Below, piece after piece: positions 35,985 through 50,045 of a stretch of DNA of 64,000 bases. The translations under genes and the position numbers were made by a program. The stretch's first letter is position 1. Each line of letters begins with the position of its first letter. The stretch is from Tubulanus polymorphus (lineage: Eukaryota; Animalia; Nemertea). Location of the stretch: positions 12,464,088 to 12,528,087 of the forward strand of contig NC_134031.1 in NCBI RefSeq assembly GCF_964204645.1, given 5' to 3'. Under the pieces are notes generated by a model. It saw nothing but the letters and a program-made list of their open reading frames with translations. It did no database searches and had not been told where the DNA came from.

Positions 35985-36862
35985 AATTTATATATCTATG
36001 TACTAGACGTATGAGTAAGAAAGTAAGATTCTTACGAAGAAAGTAAGATTCTCACGTACGTCTAGTATATAGATATACAAATTATTAAATGAATTATATA
36101 AAAATGAATAAATTATATGTTTTCTCTTAATAATAATAAAAATAGATTATATTATAACTATTTCTATACTTAGATTAATAATTTTAGGTTTTTAATTTTT
36201 ATGAAAACTATTATATATATCTATGTACTAGACGTATGAGTAAGAAAGTAAGATTCTTACCAAGAAAGTAAGATTCTTAGATTCTTACGTACGTCTAGTA
36301 CATAGATATATAAATTATTAAATGAATTATATAAAAATGAATAAATTATATGTTTTCTCTTAATAATAATAAAAATAGATTATATTATAACTATTTCTAT
36401 ACTTAGATTAATAATTTTATGTTTTTAATTTTTATGAAAACTATTATATATATCTATGTACTAGACATACGAGTAAGAAAGTAAGGTTCTTACCAAGAAA
36501 GTAAGATTCTTAGATTCTTACGTACGTCTAGTACATAGATATATAAATTATTAAATGAATTATATAAAAAATGAATAAATTATATGTTTTCTCTTAATAA
36601 TAATAAAAATAGATTATATTATAACTATTTCTATACTAAGATTAATAATTTTATGTTTTTAATTTTTATGAAAACTATTATGTATATCTATGTACTAGAC
36701 GTACGAGTAAGAAAGTAAGATTCTTAGATTCTTACGTACGTCTAGTACATAGATATATAAATTATTAAATGAATTATATAAAAATGAATAAATTATATGT
36801 TTTCTCTCAATAATAATAAAAATAGATTATATTATAACTATTTCTATACTTAGATTAATAAT
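35985..36862. repeat. ~225-233-bp tandem array, each unit with a palindrome (ATATATCTATGTACTAGACGTA...TACGTCTAGTACATAGATATAT)
   Basis: Four units near 36001, 36226, 36459 and 36693; the array resumes at 41401-41520. Confidence 0.92.
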
Positions 36863-39800
36863 TAGGGTTTTCTGTTATTTCACAGAAAACCCTATTGATA
36901 TCCGCGTGATTATTATTATTATTATTTTCTTCCACACTATTTTGACCAAAAGAACATAGGCTTTGTTACCTTACCGCTGTTTCATATACAATCCATATAA
37001 TATCGTTCAGCTCACTGAGATCTACAAATAGCCCGCGTGTTTTTTCACGAATCATCGTTACAAAAGCGCTGTCGGGCCGTAAACATCGAAAATTTAGCCC
37101 CATTCAATGGGGCGACATGTTTTTCGAGTCGTCATCCCGAAATCAACCCGCAGGCCGACTGTCACTTCGATAATCAATTCAAGTATAAATGAACTAATTT
37201 ATTGTCGCAGACTTCACATTCAGTCGCGGTCTTCAAACAGTGATTTTAACAATAGCCCATTTTCCTCATAAAATCATATTACCGATACACTGGAAATTTA
37301 TTACTTTAGATTTTAAAAGCACTGTCGAGCCGTAAACGTACATCGACGAATCGACGTGTGTTACTACATCGTCGTTCCGGGGATCAGCTGCGAGTTTCTC
37401 CTCATCATGAACCTACGTGAAGTGAGCCTGTTATTCCAGCCTCGTATTCAGATATAGTGTGTACACACTGTACAGCTGCCTGTAGATACTGGTTGACATG
37501 AAATGCATAACTTAGCATGACGGAGCGATGATAACTAACGTTAACGTTAGTATATAGCATCGGATACTGATACTCAAATTTCTCTGAAACAAAAACTCCA
37601 GGTTTCGTAAAAACTGAGTATATTACTGAGTAGGCTCGATTGTTCAAGTAGATATATAAAGTAAATGTCTGTGCATCGATTTGTTCAGGTATTATTTCAA
37701 CTCACGATTGCATCATTCCGCGACAATTCAATATTTTGGTTTTGTCGCCCGCGACAATTCATTATTTTGGTTTTATCGCCCGCGACAATTCAATATTTTG
37801 GTTTTGTCGCCCGAGACCATTCATTATTTTGGTTTTATCGCCCGCGTCAATTCATTATTTTGGTTTTGTCGCCCGCGTCAATTCATTATTTTGGTTTTGT
37901 CGCCCGCGACGATTCATTATTTTGATTTTGTCAACCGCGACGATTCAATATCTTGTTTTTGTCGCCCGAGACAATTCATTATTTTGGTTTTATCGCCCGC
38001 GACAATTCATTAGTTTGGTTTTGTCGCCCGCGACAATTCATTAGTTTGGTTTTGTCGCCCGCGACAATTCAATATTTTGGTTCTGTCCCCCGCGAAAATT
38101 CAATATTTTGGTTTTATCGCCCGCGACAATTCATTATTTTGGTTTTATCGCTCGCCACAATTCAATATTTTGGTTTTATCGCCCGACAATTCATTATTTT
38201 GGTTTTATATTTTGTTTTTATCGCCCGTGCCAATTTTTTTTTTTTGGTTTTGTCGCCCGCGACAATTCAATATTTTGGTTTTGTTGCCCGTGACAATTCA
38301 TTATTTTGGTTTTATCGCCCGCAACAATTCAATATTTCGTTTTTATCACCCGCGACAATTCATTATTTTGGTTTTGTCGCCCGAGACCATTCATTATTTT
38401 GGTTTTATCGCCCGCGACAATTCATTATTTTGGTTTTGTCGCCCGTGACGATTCAATATTTTGTTTTTGTCGCCCGAGACGATTCATTATTTTGGTTTTA
38501 TCGCCCGCGACGATTCAATATTTTTGTTTTATCGCTCGCGACAATTCATTAGTTAGGTTTTATCGCCGCGACAGTTCATTATTTTGGTTTTGTCGCCGGC
38601 GACAATTCAATATTTTGGTTTTGTCGCCCGCGACAATTAACCATTTTGGTTTTGTCGCCCGCGACAATTCACCATTTTGGTTTTGTCGCCCGCGACAATT
38701 CATTATTTTGGTTTTATCGCCAGCGACAATTCATTAATTTTGATTTATCGTCCGCGACAATTCATTATTTTTGTTTTGTCGCCCCGACAATTCTTTTTTT
38801 GGTTTTGTCGCCCGCAACAATTCAATATTTTGGTTTAGTCGCCCGCGACAATTCAATATTTTGGATTTGTCGCCCGCGATAATTCATTATTTTTGTTTTA
38901 TCGCCCGCGACAATTCAATATTTTGGTTTTATCGCCCGCGATAATTCATTATTTTGGTTTTATCGCCCGCGACAATTCATTATTTTGGTTTTGTCGCCCG
39001 AGACAATTCATTATTTTGGTTTAATCGCCCGCGACAATTCAATATTTTGGTTTTATCGCCCGCGATATTTCATTATTTTGGTTTTATCGCCCGCGACAAT
39101 TCATTATTTTGGTTTTATCGCCCGCGACAATTCATTATTTTGGTTTTATATTTTGTTTTTATCGCCCGTGCCAATTTTTTTTTTGGTTTTGTCGCCCGCG
39201 ACAATTCAATATTTTGGTTTTGTCGCCCGAGACCATTCATTATTTTGGTTTTATCGCCCGCGACAATTCATTGTTTTGGTTTTGTCGCCCGCGATGATTC
39301 AATATTTTGTTTTTGTCGCCCGAGACGATTCATTATTTTGGTTTTATCGCCCGCGACAATTCAATATTTTGGTTTTATCGCCCGCGACAATTCATTAGTT
39401 TGGTTTTATCGCCCGCGACAATTCATTATTTTGGTTTTGTCGCCCGCGACAATTCAATATTTTGGTTTTGTCGCCCGCGACAATTCATTAGTTTGGTTTT
39501 GTCGCCCGCGACAATTCAATAATTTGGTTTTGTCCCCCGCGAAAATTCAATATTTTGGTTTTATCGCCCGCGACAATTCATTACTTTGGTTTTATCGCCA
39601 CCGACAATTCATTATTTTTGTTTTATATTTTGTTTTTGTCGCCCGCGACAATTTTCTTTTTTGGTTTTATCGCCTGCGACAATTCAATATTTTTGTTTTA
39701 TCGCCCGCGATTATTCATTATTTTTGTTTTGTCGCCTGAGACAATTCATTATTTTGGTTTTATCGTCTGCGACAATTCATTATTTTTGTTTTGTCGCCCC

Positions 39801-40179
39801 GACAATTCTTTTTCTGGTTTTGTCGCCCGCGCCAATTCAATATTTTGGTTTAGTCGCCCGCGACAATTCAAAATTTTGGTTTTGTCGCCCGCGATAATTC
39901 ATTATTTTTGTTTTATCGCCCGCGACAATTCAATATTTTGGTTTTATCGCCCGCGATAATTCATTATTTTGGTTTTCTCGCCCGCGCCAATTCATTATTT
40001 TGGTTTTGTCGCCCGAGACAATTCATTATTTTGGTTTGATCGCCCGCGACAATTCAATATTTTGGTTTTATCGCCCGCGACAATTCATTCGTTTGGTTTT
40101 ATCGCCCGCGACAATTCATTATTTTGGTTTTGTCGCCCGCGACAATTCAATATTTTGGTTTTGTCGCCCGCGACAATTA
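36863..40179 (+). mobile_element. Helentron-like non-autonomous element (HINE-type) carrying the 31-bp satellite
   Basis: 5' hairpin TAGGGTTTTCTGT-loop-ACAGAAAACCCTA after T, then (ATT)n, unique body shared with 57092 and 54865, then tandem array. Confidence 0.65.
37719..40178 (+). repeat. 31-bp satellite TTTTGGTTTTRTCGCCCGCGACAATTCAWTA (~80 units)
   Basis: Head-to-tail units with no spacers, internal dyad TGTCGC-CC-GCGACA, higher-order variants recurring at roughly 1 kb. Confidence 0.97.
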
Positions 40180-41400
40180 TTTTTCAGTCCACTTGGGACT
40201 TTAGTCCCAGCGGGCTATTGCGTTCACTTTTCGTCCGTCCGTCCTTTCATAGACGGAATCCAGTTATTTTGGGAAGTTTTGAAGACGCTTCGAGGTAATG
40301 TCTTGATATTTGGTTTATACATGTATCTACCCTAGACACATCGTCAGCCCAAAAACTGTCCTGTCAGATTCAAGATGGCCGACTGGCAGCCATTGTTGTT
40401 TGCCAAAATCAGCACTTTTTAAACATTTTCGAAGTTTTCGTGGGAAATTTTGAAGACGCTTTAAAGACCTTGATCTTTCGTTTATATTTGAATCTACCAA
40501 AGGCCCATCAGCATAAGAAAATTGGGTCGATCTGACTCAAGATGGCCGTCCTATGACCTTTTTAGTGCCCAAAAATGTCAATTTTGGCCAGAATTCTAGG
40601 TCACGTAGCTTCCTACTGGTTTGCCATTTCTCATTGCAATTGCTGATGGGTATTCTTTAGAGAGGGATGTTTTATACCTGGGACAGGTATCTTTGATCAG
40701 CCAATATGACGCAATTGGCGGCCATCTTGGTGTCATCAGTACTCATTCGTAGGTGGGAAAAAGTTTTTCCACATTAAATTGATACCTAAGCATATTGTGT
40801 TACTATATTCAATTGGAAAGTTGTAGCCCATAACGTGTTCTATGATTTTGGTGAGTTTCAAGGTCATTGGTTTTTGTATGTGGCCATCAGGGGGCGTTGA
40901 ATAATACAATAACTTAGTATTGCTATATTTGTACCAAGGCATATTTTGTTACCATGATCAATTGCAAAGTTGTAGTTCATGACATCGTCTATGATTGTGG
41001 TGAGTTTTTAAGGACATTAGTTATTCCATATAGTCACCAGGGGGCGTTGAATAGTAGAATGGCTTAGTATTTCCTTATTAGATTGGTACCTAGGCATATT
41101 TTGTTACTATGATCAATTGCAAAGTTGTATTTCATGACATTTACTACGATTGGGGTGAGTTTTAAGGTCATTGGGTTTTGCATATGGTCACCAGGGGGCG
41201 TTGAATAGTAGAATAACTTAGTATTTCCATATTAAATTGGTAACGAGGCATATTTTGTTATCACAATCGATTACAAAATCATAGCTGCTCACATGTTCTA
41301 TGATTGTGGTGGGTTTCAAGGTCATTGGTTTTTGTATATGGTCACTAGAGGGCGTTATGTATTGAAATTGTTAGATTGTTGAGCATTTGAAACCACTTCT
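40180..41400 (+). mobile_element. Second HINE-like element with ~153-bp internal tandem repeats
   Basis: T-run, GGGACT..AGTCCC stem, (CGTC)n microsatellite; repeats containing AAGGTCATTGG...CAGGGGGCGTTG at 40770-41360. Confidence 0.65.
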
Positions 41401-41522
41401 ATATGAAAACTATTATATATATCTATGTACTAGATGTACGAGTAAGAAAGTAAGATTTCTTGGATTCTTGGATTCTTACTCGTACGTCTAGTATATAGTT
41501 ATATAAATTAGTTTTATAATAA

Positions 41523-42707
41523 TTATTCTAATTTTGTTTCTAATATTTTTATAAAATCATCTGTGTTTATATCTAATTCACCAAAAGTCTTAGGTAGATT
41601 TATTAATTTTAATTGATCCATCTTAACATAATTATTAGTAGGTAAATTAGCTTTTTCTCTTAAATTGTCTAAGTATTCATCAAAATCATCATAATCAAAA
41701 TCAAAATGATGTCCAAAATTATTTATCAGATAACTTAAATCTATTTTTCTAAAATATAATAATTTATATATTTGTTTAGGATTATCTTCTGCATAAGCTA
41801 ATAATTAATCAAATAACAACTTATAGAATATATAATATTGGTTAGTTTTAGGATTAAAATATTTGATATATTTATTTGGGTTATCTAACAATGGTATCAT
41901 ACTCACCATTTTATAAACATTAATTAGATGTAACTTTGATTTATAATGAGTATTTTCATCAACAGGTTCAATTTTCTTATTACAATATTGGCACATTTTA
42001 TTTCTTTCTATTTCTTCTAATTTCTTTTCATGTTCTTCTAACTTCCTTTCATTTTCGATATGCGCTTGAGATTTTTTATGTTTAGAAAAATTACTTTTAG
42101 AAATATCTAAATCACAAATGTTACAATGTTTTTTAGAATCATCAATTGTTTCATTATCATTAGTTTCAATTGTATCAACATTATCTGTTATATTATCTAT
42201 GGTATCATTTGTTTCAATTGTATTAACATTATCTATGATATTATCTATTATATTATTATCAGATATATTATTATCATTATTATTCTTTTCTTTTTCTATA
42301 TGTTTATTTGATTTCTTATGTGATGCCCAATTTTTATATGATATATATTTCTTACATACATCACAATATTTTTCATTTGTCTTTTTGGTTTTGATATCAG
42401 GTTCAATCTTATCATTATTAGATATAGTAGGTATTACATTATTAGATGTAGTAGGTATTACATTATTAGATGTAGAAGGTATTGCATTATTAGATGTAGA
42501 AGGTATAACATTATTATCAATTACATTACTTAAATTATCAACAACACCACTTTTATTATTATCGATTTCTATTAGTTTAGTTTTATACATTTTGAAAATA
42601 GGATCAAATATCAAAGCTATATTACAAGGTATTACATAATATAAACCATCATTATTTTCATGTGTATCGATGTATGGAATAGGTTTATATACTTAACCTC
42701 CTTCCAT
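41523..42707 (-). pseudogene. Multi-zinc-finger (C2H2, U1/matrin-like spacing) protein with 24-bp repeats
   Basis: CDVC...H..SNKH, CNIC...H..SQAH and CQYC...H..SKLH; NNVIPSTS-like repeats. TAAATG start at 42707; reading continues past the stop at 41805. Confidence 0.72.
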
Positions 42708-42739
42708 TTATTATATAAATTTTTATTAAAGTTAAAATT

Positions 42740-43992
42740 CTAATACATAACACTATTTAATTGAGAATTTACAATATTTAATTGCGCGTCAGATATAATA
42801 TAAATGTGCATTTTGAAATTTTTGATTCCTTTATTCTTTGTCATGAATAATTGTATTCCATCTTTAGTGTTCTGTAGTTTTTTTCCAGAACCATGTAATG
42901 AATTATCCTCTGTTGTTCTAAAATCTAACCATAATGCATATTTATTACCGGTATAATAATCAATTTGATTAATATTACAATTTTCAGATGAAAATTTATT
43001 ACATTTTTCATTCATAAAATGTTTTCTAATTTCTGGCCATTGATCAATCATTCTCATTCCTTGACAAAATATTTTATTTGCTATTCCTTCGATAGTTATT
43101 TCTACTTTTGTTATTTCAGGATTATAATAATTATCAACATTTATTGCGCCATTAGTATATGTTGCAATGGTAAAAAATATTAATATACCTTTAATAGATC
43201 TTCTTGGGAAGTTAATATTCTCATTAATAATTTCATCATTTGCATTAATAGTTACAGTTTTAAATTTATCAATATAATCATATAATAATGAAAATCCTTG
43301 ATTGTATTGAGTTTGAATTATACTTGAAATATTTTCATCAGTTACTGTATCATATTCTAAACATATATTCGATAATTTATAACTCATATCTTTAACAACG
43401 CTAGATATTACAATTTCATTTACAGGAGCAAATGTTATTTCGAATATAACATCTTCTTGAATTGCATATTTATATAAAGGTGCATTATTATTTATCGATT
43501 CAAAGTCTAATGGAATTTTATATTTGCTTCCATATATACTTTTTATTAATTTATCTATAGCATTAGTTAATATTGCATTATGCGCTTCTGATCTTAATTT
43601 ATTTTGGTTTTCTGATTGGATGCCTTGAAATATCATATTATTTCTATTTTCTTTAGTTAACCATAAATCTTCATAATGCATAAATAAATTATAATCATCT
43701 AATGAGAAAACTGTTTCTGGACCATCTTTATAGTTAATTTTTTAATCAAATATCTTCCAACATTATCAACAACATAATTATTATCATTACCGATTACTTT
43801 CATATCGGCTGATAAATAAATACTATTTGGAACATAAAAAGTATTTTGTGTTAACCGAGGAATTCTAACATATAAAGTTTCATCGGGATTAATATTAGAA
43901 GGGTTATGAGTAATTATATGATGTGATCTTTCTGCTTTAATAGCATTAGATATTCTATGATTCTTAGAAGGATTGATATAACTCCCACTCAT
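42740..43992 (-). pseudogene. MCP: Major capsid protein, frameshifted near 43720
   Basis: The 97-aa and 313-aa ORFs are homologous to 26297..27544. Confidence 0.8.
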
Positions 43993-44004
43993 TTATTTAA
44001 CAAA

Positions 44005-45459
44005 AAAATTAATTATTTATTTTTTATCATGTTTACTAATCCAAAAATAATTGCACTTACAACTGTAATTAAAAATAAAATAATATGTTCAGCAGCAAAG
44101 TTAATAATGTTTCCTGCAGATTTCAATATAAAACCAACAATTGATGCAATAATTCCTGGTTATGCTGCAGCAGATATTTTAGATAGTTCCCATAAATATT
44201 TTGCTAATTTCTTTAAACCATCTTTAACTTTATCTTGTATAGAATTATTATCTGGGGGCTTATCCGGTTTATTGGGAGTAGTAGTAGATTTCAAAGAATT
44301 TGATATAGCTAAACCAATTGTTGTAAATAACATAGTTACAGCTGTTAGAATTGAAAGAATTGTTATTCCTTCTAACTTAGATAATAATCTTATTCTATCT
44401 TTTAGTGATATGTCAGAATTTGGTTTTATCAACAAATCTTTAAAAATAACTTTTAATCTATTAATATTATAATCATATGATTTTAATAATAATTTAATTT
44501 CTTCTTTTTGTAATTCTATGTTATATTCTAAATCATCTTTTTCTTTTTCTAAATACGCATTTCTTTTTTTAAATTCAATTTCTTCAATAACTTTATTATC
44601 TCTATCTAATTTTAGTTGTTCCGATTCTTTTCTTGATTTAAATAATTCATCTTCTAAAGTTCTAATTTTTAAATCTCTTATACTTTTATCATGCGCAATT
44701 TTATCAGATGCAAGTCTTATACTTTCAATTTCTCTAATTGCTTTATCAGAAAATATATCTAAATCTTCTAATTCTTGTTTTGTTGCATCAATTAATCCAT
44801 TCGGTAAAAGTCTTTCAATTGGAACTTTATTTGATTTAAGTTTACTAGTTTTGGAAGTTTTATTCTGTTCAGAAGTTGTTTCTGTTTCTGATTTCTTTTT
44901 GATTATTTCAAATAATTCATTAATTCTTTGTTTAAATACTCTCCTATTTTTATCAATTAATTCTTGTGTTACATCTTCTATTTCATTACTATTTCTTATT
45001 CTCGTAATTCTAGATAGGTCTAAATTAAGCAAAGTTGATTTTGCTAATATTTTTTCTTCTTTTATATAAGAGATGTTAATATAATAATCATCTTTCAATT
45101 TATAATAATATTCACCATCTAAAAGTTTTAAATTTTCTACTAAACGGTCAGCATCTCTATCACTCATATTATACCCAGATCTTTCAAATACAGGTTTGAA
45201 TTTATAAATATATTCATTATATTCTAATCTTTTTTTACTAAATCTGTATTTTCATTTTCAGGAGGTATTTTCGATCTAGTTTTTCTATCATAATCATCTG
45301 TTGATGTGGCTTTAGAACCACAGAATCTGCTAAATTAGAATTATATGCTGATTCATCATCATTATCAATATTATTTTCTACATCATTATAATCATCATCA
45401 ATATATCCCTCATTATTTCCCATACCCCCCAATGGAATATCTTCTCCACCTTCTGCCAT
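44005..45459 (-). pseudogene. Coiled-coil protein with hydrophobic C-terminus
   Basis: Homologue of 10..1479 with a conserved C-half and divergent N-half. Confidence 0.8.
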
Positions 45460-45474
45460 TTACATAATAAAAAA

Positions 45475-46776
45475 TTAAAATTTAAAATATAATATTCCTC
45501 CGATTACAATTCCTATACAAGTTAAAGCTAATTTAGCATTTTCATGGGATTTATTATCATCATTTAGTTTAATTATATCGTGTTGAATATTATCAGTTTT
45601 TATATCTTCTGATGTATTGAAATCTTTTATTTTAGAATCATTATTTAATTTAATATTATTAGTTTTAGTTTCTGTTGATTGAATGTGTTTTTTATTTTTT
45701 TCACCTACCATTAATTTTGGAGCAGTAATAATCTTTTTATTTATATCATTCAATCCAAATGAATTATTTATTGTTGCAGTTTTAATTAGATTATTATAAC
45801 CAATTATATTTCCCATCTTTAATACTAAATCATTAGAAATAATAAATAGATTAGGGCCTATACAATAATTTAATCTAATATGTGATTGATCTAAATAATT
45901 TTGATATCTTACAATGTTTTCTGGAATCGATCTATTTTTATCATTATGAATCGAATCTTCAAATAATACTTTGAATTGTTTCTGCGCATCGAATGAAGTG
46001 TTATCATTTCCAATTATTGGGGATCTTGTTTCAACTTGCGCACCTAAAATACATATCAAATAAGTTCTAATTGATTGATTTATTCTTTGTATACCAGCTT
46101 TAGTGAAACCTTAACCATTTTCTAAAATGAAATTAACTGAACCATTATTATTATCAATTTTATAATTATGATAAGCTCCAATTCTATGCATATAATCAAT
46201 TCTTTTTATTTCATCCTCTTCATCAACACCTTGCAATTTACCATAAGCTCTAAAATCGGAATTAATATTTATATTAAATTCATTACATATTTTATAAAAC
46301 TTAGATAGATTAATATTATTGTCTAATTCTTTAAAATATTTAGATCCGGGTAAAGGACATTCTAATTCATTTAATATTATTCTGATTTGAAAATATGTGT
46401 GAAATCTAAATATTGTGTGAATTAATTTTAAATCAGAATACTTCAAATTCTTATCTAAGTTATTTAAATGATCATTCCAACTTATTCCACAACCTGTTGT
46501 TGCACAATAAACAGCAAAACTTAATTGGTTCTGCCAATATTTCATATTAGATTTTACTTTATATATATGATATTCATCTCGAGTAAAAGTAACTTCATAT
46601 GTATTAAATATATTTTCCATTTTAGAAATAGAAAAGTGTGATTCAGTAACATAAATTTCTAAATTGGTTAATGAATTTAAAACTACATTTTCATATGTAA
46701 TATTTTTAAAAAAATCTATTGCAGGAATATTATATTTGATTGATTTATTATATTAGAAAGCTTTTGGAAACCCCAT
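45475..46776 (-). pseudogene. Conserved ~430-aa protein with in-frame stops
   Basis: The 169-aa and 194-aa ORFs are homologous to 1497..2794. Confidence 0.8.
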
Positions 46777-46792
46777 TTATATAATTAAAAAA

Positions 46793-47227
46793 TTAATAAT
46801 TTATTAATTCTTTTAATAATTTATCTTGTTCTTCAACTGTTATATGGTCATTTAAACTTATTATATAATCTAGTGTATTCTTTAATTTATTAATTTCTTT
46901 TATATTAGTTTTAATTTTTTCTTTATTACTTTTTAAATTCAATTTTCATTTCATACCAGTTAAAACACTTGAACTTAATCCTAATACACCAATTGATATA
47001 GCTAAAGGTGTTAATGGGCTGAATATTGCTAGAAATGTTATTACAGAACTAATTGTAACTGAACCACTTATAATCAAATAATATATAATTTTACTTTTTA
47101 AATACTTTTTCTTTTTTATCTTTAAGTCACTTTCAAATTCTAATATTTGTTTTTCTAAATATATTTTTTATTTAGTTTTATTTATATCATGAGGAATAAT
47201 ATCAATATTATCAACTTTATCTTCCAT
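46793..47227 (-). pseudogene. Two-TM plus coiled-coil protein, disrupted
   Basis: DNA homology to 2811..3245; no full ORF. Confidence 0.75.
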
Positions 47228-47246
47228 TTATTTAGCAAAAAAATTA

Positions 47247-47669
47247 CTAATTAGTATACTTATAAGCAACAAATATAACAACAACAGTTCCGCCTAAAAT
47301 CCATATTATTTCATATTTCTTCTGTTCATTACTTGGGGTATAATAATCTGATAATTTAGGTTTGTATAGATGTAATTTTTCTTTATTTGTTACCGCGTTA
47401 TATAAACTCATTGCATCATCAACTGATTGAAAATCTCTGTGTGAAATCTTCTGATCATATAATTCTTTGTTAATATAATCCATATAGTTTTGTCTCTTTT
47501 CTCTATATTCTTCTGCTGCTTTATTGTATTTTTCTAATGCTAAGTTATGTCTTTTTTGTTCTGTTAATGATCCATTTTTATCAATATGCTTAAATAAATA
47601 ACCACCACCAGTAAATGCTAAAGCGTTAACAATTGCCGATCCTATAATAGTTATAATTGCAAAAGCCAT
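47247..47669 (-). CDS. Small membrane protein
   Basis: 140-aa homologue of 3265..3684. Confidence 0.82.
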   Translation of the reverse strand: MAFAIITIIGSAIVNALAFTGGGYLFKHIDKNGSLTEQKRHNLALEKYNKAAEEYREKRQNYMDYINKELYDQKISHRDFQSVDDAMSLYNAVTNKEKLHLYKPKLSDYYTPSNEQKKYEIIWILGGTVVVIFVAYKYTN

Positions 47670-47770
47670 TTATTTAGTAAAATAATTACGCATTTATATG
47701 GAAGGAATATATTTTTGTTTTTCTAAATAATCAATAGTTAAATTAGATAAAGTAACTGCTAATGTTAATT

Positions 47771-48030
47771 AGTCTTAGAATCCTGTTCAACGGTGGATTT
47801 CGACGAAGCATTTGATAAGGCACAACATCAGCCATTACTAAACAGGCTATTAGGAAACAGTTTCAATGATAGGTCGCCCAAATGGCTCAGCAGTTATCTC
47901 TGAACGAAAACTTGTAGCCGAAATCAACGGAACGCCTCATCTTGGAATAAGTCGGTCAAACTAGTGGAGTCACGCAAGGTAGTATCCTAAGTTGTCTTCT
48001 GTTTAATGTCCTGACAAATGACATACACAG
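47771..48030 (+). pseudogene. Old non-LTR RT fragment (duplicated at ~50265-50520)
   Basis: Manual translation gives VDFDEAFDKAQHQPLLNRL..KWLSSYL and TSGVTQGSILSCLLFNVLTNDI. Confidence 0.75.
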
Positions 48031-48639
48031 TAATCCAACATATACCGAGTAAATTTCCAAATCGACCTTAACACGAATGTTGAATGAAAACAATTCTGTT
48101 CGATTGAACGAAATACTTCATACTTTCGGTTCGGAGAAAAAACTTTTTTCAATATACTTGTTCGAACGAAAAACTTAATGTTCTGACAAGAGAATTCTGT
48201 TCAAATTAAAAAAGATTCTGTTCAATTGAACGATTGTTCGAACGAAAAACCTTTCGTTTGGACAAAAAAAAATTTGTTCAACTTTGTTCTTACGATTTTT
48301 TCAAATTGGTTCAATCGTATAGAATATTATTGGTTCGAACGAAATAAATTTTGTTCCGACGAAAGAATTTTCATGCGAAAGGTCTTTTGAACGAAAAAAA
48401 AGATATTTCTGGTGCTCCGCAGTAACCTAAAGCCGGATGTAGGTTGGTCTTGTGACACGATGCAATCCTCGCGTTGCATCGCAAGTTTCAGTGCAAGTCG
48501 GTTGCAATACGATTGTGTGCGACTAGTTTCTGCCAGTCGCAAGAGCGCGTCGGTTGGTTGTGACAGTCGTGTCGCGTCGCAGAAAGTAGAACACGTACGA
48601 CTCCATGTGACTGGCGTTGCTGAAAGATGAGGACGCCAG

Positions 48640-49300
48640 TGATATGACGACTGAGTTTCAATTCGTCAAAACGTCACGATGTGTCAACATATTTATGTTG
48701 TATTGATGCGATATATCGCGATATATCGACATAAATATGGCGACTTGTCGAGTTGGAACGCGACAACTCGAGGCCCGTTATCACTTCCGTAGATCTTTCA
48801 TTAAGTAGGATCACTTATGATCGCTTTAATATCACTTAAAAAAAAAGAATCTGCCAAAATGACCTTAATATTCGACACTATATGTACAGAAGCGATAAGG
48901 GGCCTCGAGATGTCGCGTTCCAACTCGACAAGTCACCATATTTATGTCGACATACCGCGATATATCGCGTCAAGTCGACATGAATATGTCGATATATCGT
49001 GACGTTTTGACGACATATTTCGTTTTCTCGACCATTTTCCTCGCGACAAGTCGACATATTCATGACGACTTGAAACTCAGTCGTCATATTACTAGCATCC
49101 TCATCTTACATTTAGACATGTCTTCAAATGACGGCTTGTCCCGTGGAAAATGAGCAAAAAAGCGAAATTTGTTGTGAAAACGTCACGATATGTAGACATA
49201 TTCATGTGGACTTCACGCGATATATCGCGATATATCGACATAAATATGGCGACTTGTCGAGTTTGAACGCGACAACTCGAGGCCCTTTATCGCTTCCGTA
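48640..49300. repeat. Forward-inverted-forward triplet of a ~150-200-bp CpG-rich repeat
   Basis: GCGATATATCGCGATATATCGACATAAATATGGCGACTTGTCGAG at ~48708 and ~49217, reverse complement at ~48925-48970. Confidence 0.8.
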
Positions 49301-49389
49301 CTATATCAGATTAATCGACTTCAAAATAGGCGAAAGCATAAGTCTTTATTACGTTATTGATTGGCCTAATTATTCAAAAGCTAATAAAG

Positions 49390-50045
49390 TGGGCGACAAA
49401 ACCAAAAAAATTAATTGTCGCGGGCGATAAAACCAAAATAATCATTTGTCGCTGGCGATAAAACCAAAATATTGAATTGTCACGGGCAACAAAACCAAAA
49501 AAAACAATTGTCGCGGGCGATAAAACCAAAATCTTGAATGGTCGCCGGCGACAAAACCAAAATATTGAATTGTCGCGGGTGACAAAACCAAACTAATGAA
49601 TTGTCGCGGGCGAAAAAACAAAAATAATGAATTGTCGCTGGCGATAAAACCAAAATATTGAATTGTCGCAGGCGATAAAGCCAAAATATTGAATTGTCGC
49701 GTGGGACAAAACCAAAACATTGAATTGTCGCGGGCGACAAAACCAAAATAATGAATTGTCGCGGGCAATAAAACCAAAATAATGAATTGTCGCGGGCGAT
49801 AAAACCAAAATAATGAATTGTCGCTGGTGATAAAACCAAAATATTGAATTGTCGCAGGCGATAAAACCAAAATATTAAAGTGTCGCAGGCGATAAAACCG
49901 CGACAAAAAAAAAATTGTCGCGGGCGATAAAACCAAAATAATGAATTGTCGCGTGCGACAAAACCAAAACAATGAATTGTCGCGGGCGATAAAACCAAAA
50001 TAATGAATTGTCACGGGCGATAAAACCAAAATAATGAAGTGTCGC
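49390..50045 (-). repeat. 31-bp satellite, reverse orientation
   Basis: AAAACCAAAATAATGAATTGTCGCGGGCGAT units. Confidence 0.95.

Noticed and set aside
37719-40178. CRISPR-like array (31-bp partly palindromic repeat)
   Set aside because: Units are head-to-tail with no unique spacers, no cas genes, and the context is eukaryotic.
37665-40335. Many overlapping ORFs (VLSPATIHYFGF...) here and at 49442-53438 and 58489-58770
   Set aside because: Translations of the 31-bp satellite; the same peptide appears in all frames, mostly with non-ATG starts.
42118-45069. Plus-strand ORFs 42118..42639, 43957..44472, 44518..45069 and similar (299..499, 25988..26383, 55654..55926, 59222..59545)
   Set aside because: Antisense shadows of real genes on the other strand.
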